DNA of 64,000 bases from an uncultured Planctomycetota bacterium (lineage in GTDB: Bacteria > Planctomycetota > Planctomycetia > Gemmatales > Gemmataceae): positions 96,001 to 160,000 of the forward strand of contig CAWKHF010000001.1 of the NCBI GenBank assembly GCA_963849325.1, written 5' to 3'. Every line of letters starts with the position of its first letter. The stretch's first letter is position 1. The notes under the pieces were generated by a model that had not been told where the DNA came from, did not search any database, and worked only from the letters and a program-made list of their open reading frames with translations. A program made the translations under genes and the position numbers. This document shows positions 43,601-53,071 of the stretch, one piece after another.

Positions 43601-43835
43601 GATGCTGGTCCGCAGCGGCTACAACGCCAACGACCTGGGCGCCTACATGGAGCTGCGCGACGACAAGGTCTGCTTCTTCGTCCGCCGTCTGGCGCGGGGC
43701 AAGCACAGCGTCGCCTACCGCATGCGGGCGGAGATCCCCGGCAAGTTCAGCGCTCTGCCGACGCGGGCGTATGCCATGTACGCGCCGGAGCTGAAGGGCA
43801 ACTCCGACGAGATCAAGCTGGTGATTGAGGACTGA
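37610..43835 (+). CDS. Bacterial alpha-2-macroglobulin family protein (~2000 aa, many frameshifts)
   Basis: [30 protein letters not shown], thioester [22 protein letters not shown]. Confidence 0.9.
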
Positions 43836-43875
43836 TCCTCGACTCGATCCAGTTCAAGGGGACCGCCAACCGCTT

Positions 43876-44667
43876 TCACGAGAGCGGTTGGCGGTGGCGC
43901 AGGATGCGGGCGGTCAGGCCGGCGACGGTGAGCGTGACGAGGAAGAGGACGACGAACAGGGCGTTGGTGTCCGGCCGCACGCCGAAGCGCATCTGGGCGT
44001 AAATCTTGATGGGCAGGGTGTCGTTGCCGATGCCCTTGGTGAAGAAGGTGATGAGGAAGTCGTCGAACGACAGGGCGAAGACCAGCAGCCAGGCCGCGAA
44101 CAGGCTGGGGGCGAGTACCGGCACGAGCACGAGCCGAAACGCCTGCCGCGGGGTCGCGCCGCTGTCCAGGGCCGCGGCATACAGATCCTCGTCCAGGTCG
44201 GCCACCGCCGCCGACAGGACAATGAACGCATAAGCGATGCCAAAACTCGTATGGGCGAGGACGATCGAGAGCAATCCCTGACGTGTGCCCAGGGCGTGAA
44301 AGAACAGGGCCAGCGAGATGCCGAGGATCATGTCCGGCACGACCAGGGGGAGGGCGAGGACGGCCTGCGCCAGCCGTCGCCATCGCCGCGACCAGCGCGA
44401 CAGACCCAGGGCGGCCAGCGTGCCCAGCCCCACCGAGAGCGTGCTCGCCGTTACGCCGACCAGCAGGCTCACTTGCAAACTCCGCCACAGGTCACGGCGT
44501 TGACTCAGTTCGACGTACCAGCGCGTCGAGAAGCCGGTCCACACCGCGCCGAGGCGCGAAGCATTGAAGGAATAGACCAACACCATCAGCAGCGGCGCAT
44601 ACAGGAGGGCGAAAACCAGAGCGAGAAGGGCGCGTCCCAGCCAGCGGGCCATGATGCGATCAGCCAT
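43876..44667 (-). CDS. potC: Polyamine ABC transporter permease
   Basis: YSFN, AALDSGATP, LSFDDF, TLPIKIY. Confidence 0.85.
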   Translation of the reverse strand: MADRIMARWLGRALLALVFALLYAPLLMVLVYSFNASRLGAVWTGFSTRWYVELSQRRDLWRSLQVSLLVGVTASTLSVGLGTLAALGLSRWSRRWRRLAQAVLALPLVVPDMILGISLALFFHALGTRQGLLSIVLAHTSFGIAYAFIVLSAAVADLDEDLYAAALDSGATPRQAFRLVLVPVLAPSLFAAWLLVFALSFDDFLITFFTKGIGNDTLPIKIYAQMRFGVRPDTNALFVVLFLVTLTVAGLTARILRHRQPLS

Positions 44668-45481
44668 CTCTGCCCTCCTCCCGACGAGGCTTCGCGTACA
44701 CGGACTGGGAGCCGCCTCCGAAGGCGGACAGCAAGATCGGCAGCGTCACGATGGCCAGAAGCCACAGCGCCGCCGCCGCGGCGTAGGGCCAGTTCCGCCG
44801 CTCCATGAACTGCTGAACGATGAGCGTCCCGAGCACGGAAACCTTGCCGGCGCCGACGAAGTGCGGCACCAGGTACTCGCCGGAGGCCGGGATGAACACG
44901 AGGGCGCAGCCAGCCCATGCCCCGCGACGGGTCAGCGGCTCGGTGACGTGCCAGAACGTCTGCCACGGCGTAGCGCCCAGGTCCATCGCCGCCCGCGGCA
45001 GATCCGCATCGATCCGCTCCCACGCCCGCAGCAGCGGCAGCACCAGGAACGGCAGGTAATTGACCGTCATCACCAGGACGACGGCCGCCGGCGTACCCTG
45101 CCACGCCAGGGGCAGCAGGTTCATCCAGCCGTAGATGCGCAAGAGCAGCGACGTGACCAGAGGGAAGGCGAGCAGCATCACGGCGGCCTGCCTCCGCGCT
45201 CCGTTCATCTGCGCCAGGACCATGGCGCACGGATAACTGAGCAGCAAACAGGCCAGCGTCACGCCTCCGGCCAGCAGCAGCGAGCGCGCCAGGATCTTCA
45301 GCGTGACGGCGCTGGTCGCGTCGTGCCAGCCTTCGGTCGAAAACTTCTCCGTCACCTGGCCGTAATAATCCCGTTCGAGGACCGAGTAGCGGGCCACCAG
45401 CAGCGTTGGCGCGAGGAAGAAGACGGCCAGATACAACAAGGGCGGCCAGGCCAGCCAGCGCGCGAAGCCGGAGCGGTTCAC
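44660..45481 (-). CDS. potB: Polyamine ABC transporter permease
   Basis: AAMDLGATP, VFIPASGEY, RNWPYAAA; GTG start. Confidence 0.85.
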   Translation of the reverse strand: MNRSGFARWLAWPPLLYLAVFFLAPTLLVARYSVLERDYYGQVTEKFSTEGWHDATSAVTLKILARSLLLAGGVTLACLLLSYPCAMVLAQMNGARRQAAVMLLAFPLVTSLLLRIYGWMNLLPLAWQGTPAAVVLVMTVNYLPFLVLPLLRAWERIDADLPRAAMDLGATPWQTFWHVTEPLTRRGAWAGCALVFIPASGEYLVPHFVGAGKVSVLGTLIVQQFMERRNWPYAAAAALWLLAIVTLPILLSAFGGGSQSVYAKPRREEGRDG

Positions 45482-46566
45482 GTTCGGTCCCTCGTCTCCG
45501 CTGGGAACAAGTGGGTGGCTCGCGGCGGCCAACCCACGCGGCACGTCGCGCCCACGGCGGGGACAGGGCCATCGGCCGCAACGGTAGCGATGAGCCGAAT
45601 TCCGCCGTCCATCTCCAGGCCCAGCGATACGGATGCTCCCGCGAACTGGCGCTGCACCACGCGAACCGGCAGCCCGCTTTCCGCGCCGACCCGCAACGCC
45701 TCGGGCCGCACGCCGAGGAGGACATCGCGGCCGTCCGGTAATTTCTGTCCGTCCAGGTGTACGAGATGTCCGCTGGTCAGGCGCGCCGCCGGCTGATGGT
45801 CCTGGCTCGTGATCTCCGCGGCGAACCAGTTGATCGGGCCGATGAAGGAGGCGACGAAGGCGTTGGCGGGCTGGTGATACACCTCCTCCGGCCGTCCCAC
45901 CTGTTGCAGTCGTCCCTCGTGCAGGACGCCAAGACGGTGGGCGGCGCGCAGCGCCTCCTCGCGGTCGTGGGTCACGTACAGATACGTCACCTGTAAACGA
46001 TCCTGTATCTCCTGCAACAGTTCCAGGGTCTGCCCGCGCAGGTGTGGATCGAGGGCCGACAGCGGCTCGTCCAGCAGGACGCACTCGGGTTCATCGACCA
46101 GGGCGCGAGCCACGGCGACGCGCTGGCGTTCGCCGCCGGACAGCCCGGCGATGCGCCGCGCCGCGAACGTCTCCAGCTGGACCCAGCTCAGCGCCTTCCG
46201 CACGCGGTCTCGACGTTCGTTGCGCGGCACGCCGGCCACCCGCAGCGGAAAGCCGACATTGTCTTCGACGTTCAGATGGGGGAAGAGGGAGTAGTTCTGG
46301 AAAACGGTGTGGACGGGCCGGCGGTACGGCGGGACGGCCGTGACGTCGCGGCCGGAAAGGCAGACGCGGCCGCTGTCGGGCACGTCCAGGCCCGAAACCA
46401 TTTTCAGCAGCGTGCTTTTGCCGCTACCGCTGGGTCCGACCAGCGCGAAGAACTCGCCGCGGCCGACGCCCAGGCTTACGCCGTCGAGGATGGTCCGTTC
46501 TCCGAACCGTCTCGACACCAACAGCAACTCCACGGCGGCCGGGGAGGATTCCTCGTTGGCGATCAT
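45478..46566 (-). CDS. potA: Polyamine ABC transporter ATP-binding protein
   Basis: GPSGSGKST, VFQNYSLFPH, LSGGERQR, LLDEP, TOBE-like tail. Confidence 0.9.
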   Translation of the reverse strand: MIANEESSPAAVELLLVSRRFGERTILDGVSLGVGRGEFFALVGPSGSGKSTLLKMVSGLDVPDSGRVCLSGRDVTAVPPYRRPVHTVFQNYSLFPHLNVEDNVGFPLRVAGVPRNERRDRVRKALSWVQLETFAARRIAGLSGGERQRVAVARALVDEPECVLLDEPLSALDPHLRGQTLELLQEIQDRLQVTYLYVTHDREEALRAAHRLGVLHEGRLQQVGRPEEVYHQPANAFVASFIGPINWFAAEITSQDHQPAARLTSGHLVHLDGQKLPDGRDVLLGVRPEALRVGAESGLPVRVVQRQFAGASVSLGLEMDGGIRLIATVAADGPVPAVGATCRVGWPPRATHLFPAETRDRT

Positions 46567-46670
46567 ACCGGAGCAGCACCCTTTCGGAAGACGCGCGAAT
46601 CGCAAACCTGGGATATGCTGGGCCGGAGGCGTGGATTTGTCAACAGAAAGGAGCGGCCCAGCGGTTTGCT

Positions 46671-46716
46671 CCGAGCCGGAAGCGTAAGCAAAGGTTGCCG
46701 TGCCTTCGCTTACGCT
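46671..46716. repeat. Degenerate family B palindrome
   Basis: CCGAGCCGGAAGCGTAAGCAAAGG...CCTTCGCTTACGCT. Confidence 0.7.
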
Positions 46717-47468
46717 AGCGCTGGGCGTGAAAGAACCAGTCCCACGGCGGCGGCTGATCGCCGAGGTCGCGGGCGCAGCCGAACTGGTGCCAGGCCAGGT
46801 GGACCTTCGCCAGGCGTAGACAGCGGAAGCCGGCCCGGCGCAGGCGGTAGCGGACCTCGAACGGCTGCCAGAAGTGTTGCTTCAGTCCGGCGAAGCGAAA
46901 GGTGCCGAAAGCGAAATCGTAATACTCGTGCTCGGCGTGGTGGGCGGCGTTCTGACGGGCCTTGTCCTCCGGCATGCCGATCCGCCGGGCCCGGTCGAGC
47001 AGCAACATCGTGAAATAATGCACGGCATCGATCGCCGGCACGATGCCCAGAAAATGTCCTCCCGCGCAGGGCGGCATGGATCGACCGCAAGGCGGTGTCG
47101 AGGGCGGCCGTGTCCGGCAGTACCAAACTGTTGACGGCGACCGCCACGTCCACCTGTCCGGCCAGGTCGCTCAGGTCGGTCAGGTCGCGCTTGCGGAACT
47201 CGACGTTCGCCAATCCCGGACAGTGTTCGCGGGCGCGGGCCAGCATCCCCTCGGCGAAATCGACGGCGACGACCCGCCCGAAGCGCTCGGCGAGAAACGG
47301 CAACAGCGGCCCGATGCCGCAGCCGAGGTCCGCAACCATCTTGTGCTTGTCCGCCAGTGCCGCCACGGCCTGCCGCAGCGGATTGCGCACCTCCGGCAGA
47401 TAGGGGTCGATGAAGGCTTCTTCGTACCCCTCGGCAGCTCGGCTCCAGTGCTGCGCTTGCTCGGACAT
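46715..47468 (-). CDS. Class I SAM-dependent methyltransferase (one frameshift near 47065)
   Basis: DLGCGIG, AVDFAEGML. Confidence 0.85.
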
Positions 47469-47478
47469 GGTCGCCGAC

Positions 47479-47817
47479 TTAGGAACGGGCATACAGCACC
47501 TTCCCTTCCCGCGCCGCCGGCCATTCGATTGTGCCGACAACATCCTTTCTCCAGGCGAAGTCCTCCGGCCTGGTAACGATGATGTTCTTGGGGACAAGAA
47601 TGTCGTGAAGCGTCTGCATTATCTCCAGTCCCTTGTCGAAGACGCTACCCTCGAAGGCCATTACGACCAGCCGATCCACGTCGCTGTCCGGCTCGGCGTC
47701 GCCGCGCGCGTGCGAGCCGAACAGGATCACTTGCCGCAGGCGAAACTTCGTCACGATCCGTTTGACCATGCGGTCGATGTGTGCCCGCACCGTCGTTCTT
47801 TTCGAGATTCGGGGCAT
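47479..47817 (-). CDS. Minimal nucleotidyltransferase (MNT) domain protein
   Basis: ILFGSHARG....SDVD; REGKVLY C-terminus. Confidence 0.85.
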   Translation of the reverse strand: MPRISKRTTVRAHIDRMVKRIVTKFRLRQVILFGSHARGDAEPDSDVDRLVVMAFEGSVFDKGLEIMQTLHDILVPKNIIVTRPEDFAWRKDVVGTIEWPAAREGKVLYARS

Positions 47818-48122
47818 GATCGACCTCTTGACCTCAGAACCGCCAGAGACGAGGGGACATTCATCGTCTCGGAAATGATGGATGTCTTTTTATCCATTTA
47901 TCGTACAACGTGGGGTGATTCGGGGCGACGAGCCGATGGAATTGGCATGCAGGAGCGACCTTGTCACCTTGCCACCGGCCGAAGGAGGTTCGGCAAAGTT
48001 GATCCATCGTGCAAGTCCTCATAAATTCGGATATTTCAACCCTGCGATCCCGCACTGTCAAGCGAAACCGGAACCGATGACTCCATTCGCATCTTGAGCC
48101 GGGAGCCGGACGGAGGAGCAGA

Positions 48123-49229
48123 TCACTCGAAAAGAACGGCCTCGGCCACCAGACCGGGACCGAAGCCGAGCGCGACGCACGGCAGCGGAGCGCGTCGCCG
48201 CCGCAGATGATCGAGAATGAACAACACGGTCGGCGACGACATATTGCCGTGGGCGGCGAAGACCTCGCGGGCCGAGGTCAACTGGTCCTCGCCCAGGCCG
48301 AGTGCCTCGGCGATGGCGTCGAGGATGCGCGGGCCGCCGGGGTGGATCGCCCACGAGCCGACCGTCTCGACGCGCTGGCCGTGACGGCCGAGCCAGCCTT
48401 CCAACCACGGCCGCAAGTGTTCGCGGATCAGGCCCGGCACGCGCTTGGATAGCGTCATCTCGAAGCCGTGATCGCCGATGGTCCAGCTCATCGCCTGGCG
48501 CGAGTCAGGCAGAAGACAGGAGCCGGCCGCGGTCACGCGCCAGGCGCCGGCCGGGCCGAGCGCGTCGGGCACACCGACGACGGCGGCGGCGCCGTCGGCG
48601 AAGATGGCGTTGGCGACGATCTTCTGCGGATCCCAGCCGTAATGGTAGTGCAGCCCGCACAGTTCGACGGCGCAGAGCAAAACGCGGGCGTCTGGATCGG
48701 AGTCGGCGAAGGCGCGGGCAACGCGCAGGCCGTTGAGCGCTCCGTGACAGCCCATGAAGCCGATGTGCGTCCGCTGCACCGTGGGCGTCATGCCGAGTCC
48801 CTGGATCAGCTCGAAATCGACGCCCGGCGCGTGGAAGCCGGTGCAGGAGACGGTGACCAGGTGCGTCAATTCGCCCACCGCCAGGCCGGACACGTGCAGC
48901 GCCTGATGGGCGGCGCGCAGGGCCAGCGGGCCGGCGTCGGCGACGTACTGCCGCATACGCTGGCCGGTCGTCGGCCCGCGGTCGTCGTCGCGCCCGTTGG
49001 GCAGCCAGATCGATTGCGACAAGGTCGTGCCGTGCAGGATGTCGTCGATCACTTGCCGTCCGAAAATCAGGTGACGCGAGCGGATGCCGGTGTGGTCGTA
49101 CAGCAAGGGCAGCCACGTCTCCTGTTCTTTCGTGCGGCAGCAGACGGCGCGGGCGATCTGGGCGGCGTCGGCCTGCGTGATGCAGGCGGGCGGCACGGCG
49201 GTCCCCAGTCCGAGGATGGCGAAGCTCAT
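48123..49229 (-). CDS. Type III polyketide synthase
   Basis: FMGCHG, HPGG, GNMSS triad motifs; GFGPG. Confidence 0.95.
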   Translation of the reverse strand: MSFAILGLGTAVPPACITQADAAQIARAVCCRTKEQETWLPLLYDHTGIRSRHLIFGRQVIDDILHGTTLSQSIWLPNGRDDDRGPTTGQRMRQYVADAGPLALRAAHQALHVSGLAVGELTHLVTVSCTGFHAPGVDFELIQGLGMTPTVQRTHIGFMGCHGALNGLRVARAFADSDPDARVLLCAVELCGLHYHYGWDPQKIVANAIFADGAAAVVGVPDALGPAGAWRVTAAGSCLLPDSRQAMSWTIGDHGFEMTLSKRVPGLIREHLRPWLEGWLGRHGQRVETVGSWAIHPGGPRILDAIAEALGLGEDQLTSAREVFAAHGNMSSPTVLFILDHLRRRRAPLPCVALGFGPGLVAEAVLFE

Positions 49230-49378
49230 GCGGATGGTCCTTACGGCGAGGCGGGCGCCCCTCCTGGAATGAGTCCGTTCGTTCCCTTGTTGTTCCCAAG
49301 GAGTCGAGCTTGACGACGAGAAGAAGGGCCGATCCGCGCGACGAGCCGCCGCGCGGATCGACGAAACCAGTGCGTCCC

Positions 49379-49493
49379 TAAGCCCCTCTCCCCCGCTTCG
49401 GGGGAGAGGGGTTGGGGTGAGGGGGAATAGCTGCGAAAACCCGCCCCCTCACCCCAACCCCTCTCCACCTGAGTACAGGGGGAGAGGGGCTTA
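49379..49493. repeat. Compound palindrome (CCCCTCTCCCCC..GGGAGAGGGGTTGGGGTGAGGGGG and its inverse)
   Basis: Two inverted units, each with an internal hairpin. Confidence 0.85.
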
Positions 49494-49514
49494 CCGGACA
49501 GACTCGAAACCTCG

Positions 49515-51353
49515 TCAGCCGAGCAGCGTTTTCACCGCCTTGACGATGTGGGCCGCGTCGATGCCGGCGGCGTCGCAGCAGCTCGCGCCGGCGTGCCGGA
49601 GCCGGGCATCTGCCGCACGGCCAGCTTGACCACGCGCGGCAGCGCCCCCTCCGCCGCGAACGCCTCCAGCACGGCGTCGCCCAGGCCGCCCTCGATCCAG
49701 TGGTCCTCGACCACCACGATCTTGCCGTCGGTATCCTTGGCCGCCTTCACCAGCGTCGCCCGGTCGATCGGCTTGACCGAATAGGCGTCAATGACACGGA
49801 CAGCGACGCCCTCGCCCTTCAGCGTGTCGTGGGCCTTGAGCGCCTCGTGGACCGTGATGCCGGCCGCGACGACGGCGACGCGGTCCTGGCCGGACTGACG
49901 CACCACCTTGCTGCCGCCGACCGGGAACTTCTCGCCGGCCGGATAGAGGATCGGCGTCTTCTCGCGCGTCGTGCGCAGGTAGGAGATGCCTTTGAGGTCC
50001 ACCATTTGCCCGACCAGGTGAGCGGTCTGATTGGCGTCGCACGGATAGAGGACGGTGCTGTCGCAGACGGCCCGCATCATGGCCAGGTCTTCCAGGGCCA
50101 TCTGCGACGGGCCGTCCTCGCCGATGCTGACGCCGGCGTGCGAGCCGCTCAGATGGATCGTCGCATTCGAGATGGCGGCCATGCGGATCTGATCGTAGGC
50201 CCGCGTGAAGAAGCGGCGAACGTCGAGGCGAAGGCGCGCTTGCCCAGCACGGCGAGGCCGACCGCGGCGCCGAGCAGCTGCTGCTCGGCGATGAACATCT
50301 CGAAGAAGCGATCCGGGTAGGCTTTCTTGAACTCGTCGGCGTGCGTCGAGTTGGACACCTCGCCGTCCAGGGCGACCACGTCGGCCGCGACTGGCGCCCA
50401 GGGCGACGAGGGCGTCGCCGTAGGCCTTGCGCGTCGCCTCCTTTTTGCCGACTTCGTAGGTAGGCAATTTCAGCGGCTGCGTCTTCGGCTGCTCCGCCGG
50501 CTTGCGGTCCTCCGGCTTCGGCGTGGGGACGGTGAGGTGGCGGACGCCGCCCAGCTCGGCGAGGGCGGCCTTCTCCTGTCCGGCGGCAGCGCCTTGCCGT
50601 GCCAGCCGTCCTTGTTGGCCACCTGCGAGACACCGTGGCCCTTCTCCGTCTTGGCGACGAGGCAGGTCGGCTGGTCCTTCTGGTTCATCGCCTCGGCGTA
50701 GGCGCGATCGATGGCGTCGAGGTCGTGGCCGTTCAGCTCGATGGCGTGCCAGCCGAAGGCGCGGGCGCGGGCGGCGTAGGCGGCGCTGTTCCAGCCCAGG
50801 TCGGTCTCGCCGCGCTGGCCGAGGCGGTTCATGTCGAGGATGCCGATGAGGTTGTTGAGCTTGTAATACGACGCCTTGTCGAACGCCTCCCAGATGGAGC
50901 CTTCGGCCATCTCGCTGTCGCCGAGGACGACCCAGACGCGGTAGGGCAGCTTGTCGAGATACTTGCCGTTGAGGGCCATGCCGACGCCGATGGGCAAACC
51001 CTGGCCGAGCGAGCCGGTGGCGACATCGACGTAGGGCAGGACGTGCGGATTGGGATGGCCCTGCAGGCGGCTGCCGAACTTGCGCAGCGTCAGCAGTTCC
51101 TCGTCGGTGATGGCGCCGGCGGCCTTGAACATGGCGTACAGCAGCGGGCAGGCGTGGCCCTTGCTGAAGATGAGGCGGTCGTTGCTGGGGCTTGTGCGGA
51201 TTGGCCCAGTCGTAGCGGAGATATTTGCGCCATCAGCACGGCCATCAGGTCGGCGGCGGACATGGAGGAGGTGGGGTGTCCGGAGCCGGCCGCCGTCGTG
51301 CAGCGGATGCTGTCCACGCGCAGCTGGGCGGCCAGTTCTCGCAGATCGGTCAT
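49515..51353 (-). CDS. tkt: Transketolase (frameshifted)
   Basis: SGHPTSSMS, KGHA, TGSLGQG, GDSE..EG, IAEQ, GEDGPSQM. Confidence 0.92.
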
Positions 51354-51415
51354 GGGATACTCCTTCGCAAGTGACATCGAATTGTCATGTATTCGTCCGG
51401 GCGACCGAGGTCGTG

Positions 51416-52942
51416 TCAAGAAGACCGCTTCGGCTCCGACACGGCGTCGGGAGCCAACCAGTGCCGGCCGTCGCGCGCCATCAGGTCGTCGGCCTCCTCC
51501 GGTCCCCAGGAGCCGGCGGCGTAGTTGGGAAAGTCCTCCGCCGTTTGCGCCCGCCAATCTTCCAGGATGGGCTGCACCACCGCCCAGGCCGCCTCGACCT
51601 GGTCGGCGCGCATGAACAGCGTGGCGTCGGCGCGGATCACGTCCAGCAGCAGCGTCTCATACGCCTCCGGCGTCGGCGCCTGAAACGAGTCCTTGTACGA
51701 GAAGCGCATGTGGACCGGCCGCAGATGCACGGTGGGTCCGGGCTGCTTGGCCTGGAAACGCAGCAGAATGTCCTCCTCCGGCTGAATGCGGATGGCCAGG
51801 CGATTGGGCATCCAGTTGGCCGAGGCGCTGGACGGAAAGGAGCGGTGCGGCACCGGCTGGAACTGGATGAAGATTTCGGAGACGCGCGTCGGCAGACGCT
51901 TGCCGGTGCGCAGGTAGAACGGCACGTCCTGCCAGCGCCAGTTATCGACGTACAGTTTGACGGCCGCATACGTCTCGGTGGACGAATCGCCGGGCACGTC
52001 CGGCTCCTGTCGATAGGCCGGCACCGTTTGCCCTTTCGAGTCGCCCATGTCATACTGGCCGCGGACGGCGAACTGCGACACCTGGTCGGCCGCGATGGGA
52101 CGAATGGCCCGCAGCACGTCGGTCTTCTTGCTGCGCACCTCGTTGGCGTCGAAGGAGACCGGCGGCTCCATGGCGATGCAGCACAGCACTTGCAGCAAGT
52201 GGTTCTGGATCATGTCGCGCAGGGCGCCGGCGTGGTCGTAGTAACCGCCGCGATGCTCGACGCCGACTTCCTCGGCCACGGTGATCTGCACGTGGTTAAT
52301 GTAGCGACGGTTCCAGATCGGTTCGAGAAAACTGTTGGCGAAGCGCAGGGCGAGGATGTTTTGCACCGTCTCCTTGCCGAGATAGTGGTCGATGCGGTAA
52401 ATCTGGTCTTCGTTCATCTGGCCGGCGAGCTGTCGATTGAGGGTCCGGGCCGAGTCGAGGTCGTGGCCAAACGGCTTCTCGACGACCAGGCGGGCACGTT
52501 TCTCGTCGGCGAGGAGCTGGGCCTGGTTGAGCTGGCGAGCGATGACCTCGATCATGCTCGGCGCGGTGGCCAGGTAGAAAATGTGCTGGGCCTTCGTCTG
52601 CCAATCCTTGTCCCAGTCGCCGAGGCGCTCGGCGATCCGAGCGAACGCGTCTGCCTTGGTGAAGTCGGCGGAGAGATAGGACAGGTGCGCGGCGAAGCGG
52701 TCCCATTCTTCGTCCTTGGTCCGGCCGCGACGCGAGAACTGATCGACGCTTTGACGCAGGTTGCGGCGAGAAGCGTCGTCGTCCATCTCAAGCCGGTCGA
52801 TGCCGAGGATGGCAAACGGTTCGGTCAGCCAGCGATCGAGAAAAAGGTTGTACAGGGCCGGCACGAGCTTACGATGGGTCAGATCGCCGCCGCCACCGAA
52901 GATCGCCACCACCGTCGGTCCCGCATGAGCCTGTGAATCCAT
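51416..52942 (-). CDS. zwf: Glucose-6-phosphate 1-dehydrogenase
   Basis: GGGGDL, EKPFG, RIDHYLGKE, LRTGKR. Confidence 0.97.
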   Translation of the reverse strand: MDSQAHAGPTVVAIFGGGGDLTHRKLVPALYNLFLDRWLTEPFAILGIDRLEMDDDASRRNLRQSVDQFSRRGRTKDEEWDRFAAHLSYLSADFTKADAFARIAERLGDWDKDWQTKAQHIFYLATAPSMIEVIARQLNQAQLLADEKRARLVVEKPFGHDLDSARTLNRQLAGQMNEDQIYRIDHYLGKETVQNILALRFANSFLEPIWNRRYINHVQITVAEEVGVEHRGGYYDHAGALRDMIQNHLLQVLCCIAMEPPVSFDANEVRSKKTDVLRAIRPIAADQVSQFAVRGQYDMGDSKGQTVPAYRQEPDVPGDSSTETYAAVKLYVDNWRWQDVPFYLRTGKRLPTRVSEIFIQFQPVPHRSFPSSASANWMPNRLAIRIQPEEDILLRFQAKQPGPTVHLRPVHMRFSYKDSFQAPTPEAYETLLLDVIRADATLFMRADQVEAAWAVVQPILEDWRAQTAEDFPNYAAGSWGPEEADDLMARDGRHWLAPDAVSEPKRSS

Positions 52943-53071
52943 GAACGTCTCCTGCTTCCGCGATCATCAGCACGTCGAGCGCGACGGCCGCTACGATCAT
53001 AATAGGACCGAGGCCGCTCGGAATCCGCAGAAGTTTCGCCGTTTTCTTCCCCATCTCCGCGAGAGGACATC

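Noticed and set aside
47820-48120. Small ORF or RNA in the lower-GC gap between MNT and PKS
   Set aside because: No ORF with RBS and codon bias and no convincing structure.
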